Source: Archaeoglobus fulgidus DSM 4304 (lineage in GTDB: Archaea > Halobacteriota > Archaeoglobi > Archaeoglobales > Archaeoglobaceae). Taken from it: a stretch of 32,000 nt of DNA. Positions 19,361 through 26,236 of this stretch are shown piece after piece. Under the pieces are notes generated by a model that was not told where the DNA came from, did no database searches, and saw only the letters and a list, made by a program, of their open reading frames with translations. Positions within the stretch are counted from its first letter, which is position 1; every line of letters starts with the position of its first letter. The stretch spans positions 2,100,001 to 2,132,000 of the forward strand of contig NC_000917.1 in NCBI RefSeq assembly GCF_000008665.1, in the 5' to 3' direction. The position numbers and the translations under genes are program-made.

Positions 19361-19753
19361 TGCCGTCACGTTTTCGTAAATTTCATCGAAAGTGGGTATC
19401 TTCGGTTTTGTGGATATACTGTCACATACCATCTTGACAAGGTTCGGAATACTGCTGTCTCCCTGATTTTTCTGACCACAGCTGCTGCAGAAGAGTGGTC
19501 TTTCGTGAAGCTGGTAGATGACCCCTCACACTTTGGACCAGGAGGGATGACAGCAGATGGAACTAAGATAGTTTTCTCCAAACACACGGATGGGAGCTAC
19601 GCCACACACTGGGACGAAAAAGTATTTCTGATGGACCTCGAAACCAAGCAGGTAACGAGAGTAACAAGGAACATCTACTTCGACAGCTACCCGACCATTT
19701 CTCCTGAGGGTTCAAAGATTGCGTTCGTTGAGAGCGAACGGTTACAATTTTAG
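19280..19753 (+). pseudogene. 5' fragment (PD40 beta-propeller blades) of the cohesin-dockerin gene, in a different frame from the main ORF; the true start is unresolved
   Basis: It encodes a signal-peptide-like AVSLIFLTTAAAEEW and PD40-type blades (MTADGTKIVFS, TISPEGSKIAFVESE). The frame ends at 19753 while the homologous frame 0 opens at 19719. The first ~80 nt of the ORF overlap the H/ACA hairpins. Confidence 0.5.
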
Positions 19754-21239
19754 ACAAGATACACGACATTACGTTTATGTTGTCAGTCAGTCCAACAACT
19801 GGCAGCAAGGCCGCCACCTCATCGACGACCCCGGCAAATTCTACTTCGACCCGCTGCTGGATGAAAACGGAAACCACATTACTGTCAATTACTGGGTGTA
19901 TTTAGATGACTTCAACTGGCCAAACTTCATCGGGACTTACACAGCTACCGGTTCTGCAATTGGGGGAATAGAATTGGGGAAGTACGTATATGGCCCGGTT
20001 AGATCCCCGGATGGGAGTAAAATTGCCTTCTCGACCGTTCGTGGAGAAGGGGAACAAAGGGTGTCCGAGCTTTACGTGGGTGGTGTAGGTCAACCGCCTA
20101 AGATTATTTACTCCGACAGCGAGGGAAGAGCTGTGAGGCAATTCTCGGTCAGCAACGATGGGAAAGTTGCATTTTACCTTGAGGGAGACAGCAAGGGAAG
20201 AGAAGGAGTTTTCCTCTACCAGAACGGTAACATAATGCTTCTCAACAGCGATTTGCACTTCTGTAACCCGATGATAAGTGGAGACGGTCAGAAGCTCTAC
20301 TGCCTGTACAATGACCTCTTTGAATACAAGTTCTCACTTTACGAGATAGATATCAACGACGGAAGTTATGAGATGCTGGGAACATACAATGTCCATACAG
20401 GCTTATCACTCACGAACAACGATGGAAGCGTAATTGTGTTCAGGGGGTACAACGAAACAAATGGTTTCGGAATCTTCGCACTCGTTAAGGGAGAAGGTGT
20501 GACAATTCCGCCGATGCTCAACTTGGACCTCCAACCTATGCTTCCTCCGAAAACTACCATCATTGCCGGTTCTGCCGAAGCGCCCCAAGGAAGTGATATC
20601 CAGGTGCCTGTTAAAATCGAAAATGCTGACAAAGTGGGCAGCATAAATCTCATCCTGAGCTACCCGAATGTGCTTGAGGTTGAGGATGTGCTTCAGGGCT
20701 CTCTAACTCAGAACTCACTTTTCGATTACAATGTTGAAGGTAATCAAATTAAAGTTGGCATCGCGGACAGTAACGGGATTAGCGGCGACGGTTCGCTGTT
20801 CTACGTAAAGTTCAGAGTTACAGGCAATGAAAAAGCGGAGCAGGCAGAAAACGTTAAAGGTAAACTTAGGGGCTTGGGCCAACAGCTCTCTGAAATCACA
20901 CTCAGAAACTCTCACGCTCTCACCCTTCAAGGGATCGAAATCTACGACATTGATGGGAATTCTGTAAAGGTTGCGACGATAAATGGGACTTTCAGGATTG
21001 TCTCTCAGGAAGAAGCAAACAAGGGAGATGTGAATGGAGATGGAGAAATAAACAGTCTCGACGCTCTGCTTGCACTTCAGATGTCAATCGGGAAGGTTGA
21101 GCCGAACCCTGTAGCAGATATGGATGGGGATGGAAAGGTGCTTGCGAAGGATGCCACTGAAATCATGAAGATGGCAACAGACATGATGATCAGAAGAACG
21201 GCGGAAATTATAAGCCAGAATGGCTTACTGGGTAAGTGA
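19719..21239 (+). CDS. Secreted PD40/TolB-like beta-propeller protein with a C-terminal cohesin (about 20550-21002) and a type-I dockerin (about 21024-21179)
   Basis: PD40 blades: SPDGSKIAFSTVRGE, SNDGKVAFYLE, SGDGQKLYCLY. Cohesin: GSDIQVPVKIENADKVGSINLILSYPNVLEVEDV...GDGSLFYVKFRVTG. Dockerin F-hand pair: GDVNGDGEINSLDALLALQ and ADMDGDGKVLAKDATEIMK. There is no ATG at the 5' end of this frame; it continues the 19280 frame after a frameshift. Confidence 0.75.
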   Translation: MRSLRANGYNFRQDTRHYVYVVSQSNNWQQGRHLIDDPGKFYFDPLLDENGNHITVNYWVYLDDFNWPNFIGTYTATGSAIGGIELGKYVYGPVRSPDGSKIAFSTVRGEGEQRVSELYVGGVGQPPKIIYSDSEGRAVRQFSVSNDGKVAFYLEGDSKGREGVFLYQNGNIMLLNSDLHFCNPMISGDGQKLYCLYNDLFEYKFSLYEIDINDGSYEMLGTYNVHTGLSLTNNDGSVIVFRGYNETNGFGIFALVKGEGVTIPPMLNLDLQPMLPPKTTIIAGSAEAPQGSDIQVPVKIENADKVGSINLILSYPNVLEVEDVLQGSLTQNSLFDYNVEGNQIKVGIADSNGISGDGSLFYVKFRVTGNEKAEQAENVKGKLRGLGQQLSEITLRNSHALTLQGIEIYDIDGNSVKVATINGTFRIVSQEEANKGDVNGDGEINSLDALLALQMSIGKVEPNPVADMDGDGKVLAKDATEIMKMATDMMIRRTAEIISQNGLLGK

Positions 21240-21243
21240 GGTG

Positions 21244-21792
21244 ATGGTTTTGAGGCGATTTCTTCTGCTAACTCTCGTTGTCTTTATCCTCACAATGAGT
21301 GTTGCTTCAGCTGAAATGGTTGTTAAAATCCCGGATACCAGCGGGGCCGTTGGTGGGACTGTTGAAGTTCCAGTTGAGGTTGAGAATGCACAGAACCTCG
21401 GAAGCATGGATATCGTGATAGTTTACGACCCAACCATCCTGAAGGTTCAAAATGTTGGGAAAGGTGAGCTGAACAAGGGACTGCTGTCCTCGAACACAGG
21501 AGAGGGAATGGTGGCAATAAGCTTGGCTGATTCCAAGGGAATTAACGGAAAGGGGAGTGTTGCAGTAATCACTTTTCAAGTGCTTAAAGCCGGGTCAACT
21601 GACCTAACGATTCAGAGTGTAAAGGCCTATGACGTAAACACACATGTCGACATTCCCGTAAAGGCAGATAACGGTAAGTTTGAAGCTGTGAAAGGTGGGG
21701 CAGGAACAACTGGATCCACACCAGGGTTCGAGCTTCTTTTAGCAGTCTCCGCATTGATTGCTGTTGGGCTATTTAGGAAAAAGATTGGTTAG
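21244..21792 (+). CDS. Surface-anchored cohesin-domain protein with a PGF-CTERM-like sorting signal
   Basis: Signal peptide: MVLRRFLLLTLVVFILTMSVASA. Cohesin: VGGTVEVPVEVENAQNLGSMDIVIVYDPTILKVQNV...GKGSVAVITFQVLKAGS. C-terminus: TGSTPGFELLLAVSALIAVGLFRKK (PGF motif, TM helix, basic tail). Confidence 0.8.
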   Translation: MVLRRFLLLTLVVFILTMSVASAEMVVKIPDTSGAVGGTVEVPVEVENAQNLGSMDIVIVYDPTILKVQNVGKGELNKGLLSSNTGEGMVAISLADSKGINGKGSVAVITFQVLKAGSTDLTIQSVKAYDVNTHVDIPVKADNGKFEAVKGGAGTTGSTPGFELLLAVSALIAVGLFRKKIG

Positions 21793-21818
21793 TTTTTTAT
21801 TTTTATTTTTTAAATTTT
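21793..21818 (+). terminator. Oligo-T archaeal terminator region
   Basis: TTTTTTATTTTTATTTTTTAAATTTT lies immediately after the stop codon at 21790-21792. Confidence 0.5.
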
Positions 21819-21874
21819 AAACAATCCTCCGTTTTTTAGAAAAGCCTAAAAGTCTTGAGGTCACGCTTGCAAAC

Positions 21875-22231
21875 ATGAAGGTGTGCGTTCCGAGTTACAG
21901 AGGAGGATTGGACGATTACGTTTGCGAGCACTTTGGCAAGGCTGAAAGCTTCACGATTTACGATACGGAGACGGGAGAAGTTAAGGTTGTAAGGAACACG
22001 AGCGAGCATTTTGGCGGGGTTGGCTACCCTCCAGAGCTGATAAAATCTGCCGGTGCTGATGTTGTACTCTGCAGCGGAATGGGGGCGAGGGCGATAGCGA
22101 TGTTCAGGAGATTCGGGATTAAGGTCTACATGGGGGCAAGCGGAACTGTGAGAGATGCAATCGAGCAATTCCTTGCGGGAAAGCTGGTTGAGGCGGATGA
22201 GGCGATGGGCTGCTCGCATCATCACCACTAA
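21875..22231 (+). CDS. NifX/NifB-C-terminal-like (COG1433, Nitro_FeMo-Co domain) protein with a C-terminal CSHHHH tail
   Basis: MKVCVPSYRGGLDDYVCEHFGKAESFTIYDTETGEV...ADVVLCSGMGARAIAMFRRFGIKVY...VRDAIEQFLAGKL fits the family pattern (hFG.a..F.iyd ... v.cg.iG..a...L...GI.v). Confidence 0.75.
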   Translation: MKVCVPSYRGGLDDYVCEHFGKAESFTIYDTETGEVKVVRNTSEHFGGVGYPPELIKSAGADVVLCSGMGARAIAMFRRFGIKVYMGASGTVRDAIEQFLAGKLVEADEAMGCSHHHH

Positions 22232-22278
22232 ATTTTAGGCAATCCGAAAAGTTATATGCTTTAAGGCGAAGTAGGGTT

Positions 22279-22713
22279 ATGAGAATTGCAGCAACGACTC
22301 TAAAAGGGGGAATTGATGACATCGTAACACCGCAGTTTGGCAGAACTGCAACGTTTACGATTGTGGACTACGATGGCGGAGTGAAAAACGTGGAGGTTGT
22401 TGAGAACAGAGCAGCCTCGCAGTCAAGCGGTGCGGGGATTGCTGCTGCACAAATGCTGGTTGATAAGAAAGTGGAGGTCTTGCTTACAGGCCATGTTGGA
22501 CCGAAAGCCATGAACGTTCTGAGAGCTGCAGGAATAAGAGCTTTTGTTGCAGAAGGGCTAAGGGTCAGAGATGCTGTTGAGAAGCTATTAAAAGGCGAGC
22601 TGGAGGAAATTACAGCTCCGTCAAGTGGTATGGGCAAGGGCATGGGCAGAGGAATGGGCGGCGGTAGAGGCAGAGGAATGGGAGGTGGCATGGGAGGAGG
22701 CAGATGGAGGTAG
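22279..22713 (+). CDS. NifX/NifB-C-terminal-like (COG1433) protein with a Gly/Met/Arg-rich C-terminal tail
   Basis: MRIAATTLKGGIDDIVTPQFGRTATFTIVDYDGG...VEVLLTGHVGPKAMNVLRAAGIRAF...VRDAVEKLLKGEL, followed by GMGKGMGRGMGGGRGRGMGGGMGGGRWR. Confidence 0.75.
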   Translation: MRIAATTLKGGIDDIVTPQFGRTATFTIVDYDGGVKNVEVVENRAASQSSGAGIAAAQMLVDKKVEVLLTGHVGPKAMNVLRAAGIRAFVAEGLRVRDAVEKLLKGELEEITAPSSGMGKGMGRGMGGGRGRGMGGGMGGGRWR

Positions 22714-22961
22714 TGCTTCATCTCGCCGGCCACTGCATTGAAACCTCAGCCAAGAAAAGATACGAGATGCTTGTTCAGGAGCTGCTGAAAGAGGATGATG
22801 AAGAGAGGGAGAAAATACTGGCAGAGGAGCTTGAGCTTCTTCTCGATTTTTTGAAAAAAGCGGACTTTTCTGAGCTTCGAAGAAGAGGTTTTGACGGAAG
22901 CAGGGAAATGCGAGTGAGGGTTAAAAAGGTCGGAGAAGAGTTTGTAGTTGAAGAGATATGA
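22704..22961 (+). CDS. Small acidic hypothetical protein, translationally coupled on both sides
   Basis: An 85-aa ORF that overlaps the upstream gene by 10 nt and the downstream gene by 4 nt. It has a glutamate-rich helical core and no recognised motif. Confidence 0.4.
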   Translation: MEVVLHLAGHCIETSAKKRYEMLVQELLKEDDEEREKILAEELELLLDFLKKADFSELRRRGFDGSREMRVRVKKVGEEFVVEEI

Positions 22962-23746
22962 GGATCGCTGTTGCTTCCGGCAAAGGTGGAACGGGGAAAA
23001 CGACCGTTGCGGTGAATCTGGCTGTATTCAACCACATTGACCTTTTTGATCTGGACGTGGAGGAGCCGAACGACCGCATATTCATAAAGGGTGAAGCTGA
23101 GGAATGGCCAGCCTACAGAAAGGTTCCTGAGGTGAGGGAGAACTGCAACGCATGCGGAGTGTGCAAGGACGTCTGCCAGTATTCTGCCATCTACGTCATT
23201 GACAAAGCCTATCCTCTGCCGGAGCTGTGCCACAGCTGCGGAGCATGCATCTACCTCTGCCCGGAAAAGGCGATGGAGGAGGTGGACTACCAAACGGGAA
23301 AAATAGTGAGGGTGAAGTCGGACATCACTCTTACCTACGGAGAGATGAGAATCGGCGAAGCTTCAGCGGTTTTTCTGATAAAGCAGGTGAAGGAGCTCAT
23401 GGGGAAGAATGCAATCATCGACTCCCCTCCCGGAGCGTCCTGCCCTATGGTTGAGAGCGTTAGCGATGCAGATTACGTAATTCTCGTTGCCGAACCCACT
23501 CCCTTCGGTCTTCACGATTTGAAGATTGCAGCTGAAGTTGTTTCCGATTTGGGGCTGAAATTTGGAGTCGTTGTAAACAAGCACGGACTTCCCTTTGACG
23601 GAATTGAGAGGTACTGTAAAGAGGGGGGAGTTGAGATTCTCGGAAAAATACCCTTCAGCAAGGAAATCGCGGAAAAATACTCAAGAGGTGAACTTCTTCA
23701 CGACATGAAGGATTTCTTCGTGCAGCTTTACGAGGGGATAGCGTGA
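22958..23746 (+). CDS. MinD/ParA-superfamily P-loop ATPase with an inserted 2x[4Fe-4S] ferredoxin domain (COG1149 type)
   Basis: Deviant Walker A: ASGKGGTGKTT. Ferredoxin motifs: CNACGVCKDVC and CHSCGACIYLCP. Walker B-like: IIDSPPG. Confidence 0.8.
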   Translation: MRIAVASGKGGTGKTTVAVNLAVFNHIDLFDLDVEEPNDRIFIKGEAEEWPAYRKVPEVRENCNACGVCKDVCQYSAIYVIDKAYPLPELCHSCGACIYLCPEKAMEEVDYQTGKIVRVKSDITLTYGEMRIGEASAVFLIKQVKELMGKNAIIDSPPGASCPMVESVSDADYVILVAEPTPFGLHDLKIAAEVVSDLGLKFGVVVNKHGLPFDGIERYCKEGGVEILGKIPFSKEIAEKYSRGELLHDMKDFFVQLYEGIA

Positions 23747-24594
23747 AGCAGGTTGCGGTGATAAGCGGAAAGGGCGGGACGGGAAAAACAACTTTCTCAG
23801 CCACAATTCACGCCTTGGAGGGGGGAGTGGTTGCCGACTGTGATGTCGACGCCCCAAACCTTCACATTCTGCTGAAGCCCCAAATTCTGAAGGCAGAGGA
23901 CTTCATCGCTTCGAAGAAGGCAAGGATAATGCCGGAAAAGTGCTCCTCATGCGGCTTGTGCTATGACCTCTGCAGGTTTGGGGCGGTTGTGGCTGAGGAC
24001 GGCTATTACGTGGACGAGAAAAAGTGCGAGGGCTGCGCTTTCTGCTTCAACGTCTGCCCGGAAAGGGCGATAGAGATGGAGAATGTGAAAACAGGGGACC
24101 TTTACGTCTCTAAGACTGAGTGGGGATACTTCGTCCATGCAAGGCTCAAGCCGGGAGAGGAGAACACCGGAAGGCTTGTTACAGAGGTGAAGAACAGAGC
24201 GAAGGAGATTGCAGAGGAGAGTAATGCTGAATTCCTGATCGTGGACTCCGCCCCTGGAGTTGGCTGTCCCGTTATGGCCAGCTTAACGGGGGTTGATGCG
24301 GCGATAATTGTCACGGAGCCAACAGTTTCAGGGTTGAGCGACATGCTCAGGATTCTTGAGCTTTGCGAACACTTCAGAATCAGGCCTTTCGTTGTCGTGA
24401 ACAAGTTCGACTTAAATGTTAACATTGCTTCAGAAATTGAGAGTTACTGCTCTGAAAACGGAGTGGAGTTTGCCGGAAGAGTTCCGTTTGATAAGGCAAT
24501 TCCTGAGCAGATTGCGAATCTGAATTTTCCCTTCAGCGGTAAGGCTGCTGATAAAATGGTTGAAATCTGGAAAAAACTTAGGGAGGTGTTGTGA
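23743..24594 (+). CDS. MinD/ParA-superfamily P-loop ATPase with an inserted 2x[4Fe-4S] ferredoxin domain (paralog of the previous gene)
   Basis: ISGKGGTGKTT; CSSCGLCYDLC and CEGCAFCFNVCP; LIVDSAPG. There is a 4-nt overlap with the upstream paralog. Confidence 0.8.
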   Translation: MKQVAVISGKGGTGKTTFSATIHALEGGVVADCDVDAPNLHILLKPQILKAEDFIASKKARIMPEKCSSCGLCYDLCRFGAVVAEDGYYVDEKKCEGCAFCFNVCPERAIEMENVKTGDLYVSKTEWGYFVHARLKPGEENTGRLVTEVKNRAKEIAEESNAEFLIVDSAPGVGCPVMASLTGVDAAIIVTEPTVSGLSDMLRILELCEHFRIRPFVVVNKFDLNVNIASEIESYCSENGVEFAGRVPFDKAIPEQIANLNFPFSGKAADKMVEIWKKLREVL

Positions 24595-25359
24595 ATGCAG
24601 AAGAGGGTTACGGATGAGGAGATTAAGGAGAGGCTCGGCAAAATCAAGAGCAGAATTGCCGTGATGAGCGGCAAGGGCGGTGTGGGTAAATCAACCGTCA
24701 CAGCCTTGCTTGCCGTCCATTACGCTAGGCAGGGAAAGAAGGTTGGGATTCTCGATGCTGACTTTCTCGGCCCGAGCATCCCCATTCTCTTCGGCTTGAG
24801 AAATGCAAGAATTGCTGTCAGCGCTGAAGGGCTTGAGCCGGTGCTGACGCAGAAGTACGGGATTAAGGTGATGTCAATGCAGTTTTTGTTGCCGAAAGAG
24901 AACACGCCCGTTATCTGGAGAGGGCCTTTGATTGCGGGTATGATCAGGGAGTTCCTCGGCAGAGTTGCCTGGGGGGAGCTTGACCATTTGCTGATTGACC
25001 TTCCGCCGGGAACAGGAGATGCACCTCTCACAGTAATGCAGGATGCGAAGCCAACGGGAGTGGTGGTTGTGTCAACGCCACAGGAGCTGACGGCGGTAAT
25101 TGTCGAGAAGGCCATAAACATGGCTGAGGAAACGAACACTTCCGTTTTAGGGCTTGTAGAGAACATGAGCTACTTCGTCTGCCCCAACTGCGGGCACAAG
25201 AGCTACATATTTGGAGAGGGGAAGGGAGAAAGCTTGGCGAAGAAGTACAACATCGGATTCTTCACAAGCATACCAATAGAGGAGGAGCTGATAAAGCTTG
25301 CCGATAGCGGAAGGATTGAGGAGTACGAGAAGGACTGGTTTGAGAGCGCCCCCTTCTAA
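24595..25359 (+). CDS. mrp: Mrp/NBP35/ApbC-family Fe-S cluster carrier ATPase
   Basis: MSGKGGVGKST, LIDLPPGTGD, and the cluster-bridging motif CPNCGH. The ATG abuts the upstream TGA. Confidence 0.85.
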   Translation: MQKRVTDEEIKERLGKIKSRIAVMSGKGGVGKSTVTALLAVHYARQGKKVGILDADFLGPSIPILFGLRNARIAVSAEGLEPVLTQKYGIKVMSMQFLLPKENTPVIWRGPLIAGMIREFLGRVAWGELDHLLIDLPPGTGDAPLTVMQDAKPTGVVVVSTPQELTAVIVEKAINMAEETNTSVLGLVENMSYFVCPNCGHKSYIFGEGKGESLAKKYNIGFFTSIPIEEELIKLADSGRIEEYEKDWFESAPF

Positions 25360-25393
25360 CTATTTTTAGGATAAATTGCTGGCTAAATCTGAA

Positions 25394-25423
25394 TGGTTGA
25401 GGTTCACCTCACCGTCGATGCCG
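25394..25423 (+). repeat. 30-nt perfect direct repeat, copy 1 (partner at 31409-31438)
   Basis: tggttgaggttcacctcaccgtcgatgccg is identical at both sites. Weaker similarity continues for about 17 nt further (ETIDVL versus ETIAAL). Confidence 0.9.
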
Positions 25424-25440
25424 AGACGATTGATGTGCTC

Positions 25441-26046
25441 ATGAAATTAAAAATACTGTACGACAATGAAGCACTTCCGGGATTCAAAGCGGGCTGGGGC
25501 TTCTCAGCCTTACTATGCCCTAATGATGGTGCAATTCTTTTCGATACCGGTGGTGATGCTGTAAGACTCGATTTTAACGCAAGGAAGCTGGGAGTTAATA
25601 AAAGCAAAATCAAAGCATGTTTCATCTCACATAGACATGCTGACCATACGGGGGGTTTAGAATGGCTTGATGACAAGACGGAGGTGTTTTTCCCAGGAGA
25701 GTACAACCAAAGCTTTGACGAGATTGAGACGCTGTATTTTACTGAGCCTTTTGAAGAGCAGGCTTTAATTTACAAAAAAATTATGCTCATCGGCTGTTCT
25801 CATCCGGGAATTGTTAGGATAGCAAGAGTGGCTTTTGAGAGATTTGGAAAGCTCAAACTGATTGCAGGTGGGATGCATTTGTTTGGCACTCCTGAATATA
25901 GAATCGAGAGTATAGCAATGGAGCTGAGGAAATTTACTGATAAAATAGCTCCTTGCCACTGTACAGGTGAGAAGGGCAAGAGAATATTCCAGAACGTGTT
26001 CGGTAGCAGATTTATTGACGCGAAGGCTGGAACTGTGATTTTTTAG
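25441..26046 (+). CDS. Metallo-beta-lactamase-fold protein (COG1237 type)
   Basis: MKLKILYDNEALPGFKAGWGFSALL..., SHRHADHTGG (HxHxDH), and CHCTG near the C-terminus. The start is taken at ATG 25441 because the 48 nt upstream copy an internal CDF gene segment. Confidence 0.65.
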   Translation: MKLKILYDNEALPGFKAGWGFSALLCPNDGAILFDTGGDAVRLDFNARKLGVNKSKIKACFISHRHADHTGGLEWLDDKTEVFFPGEYNQSFDEIETLYFTEPFEEQALIYKKIMLIGCSHPGIVRIARVAFERFGKLKLIAGGMHLFGTPEYRIESIAMELRKFTDKIAPCHCTGEKGKRIFQNVFGSRFIDAKAGTVIF

Positions 26047-26236
26047 GCGCTCAATAAAGGATTAGTGCAGTCAAATTTAATAATTTTCTTTTTGTCTTTT
26101 AAGTGATTAGCAATTAAATATAACTCAGTATTCTCAATTTTAGGTAATAACCTATAAACTTTTTGCAATTTCCACGTTATTTATAATTTCATCAGCACCG
26201 CAAAGTTCTTATTAAATAAAATCAAAAAAACACTGT

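Noticed and set aside
22217-22228. The terminal HHHH of the first NifX-like ORF as a cloning or His-tag artefact
   Set aside because: There are only four His residues, preceded by native-looking GCS. The flanking sequence is a native intergenic region and promoter with no vector-like sequence. A natural Cys/His metal-binding tail is more likely.
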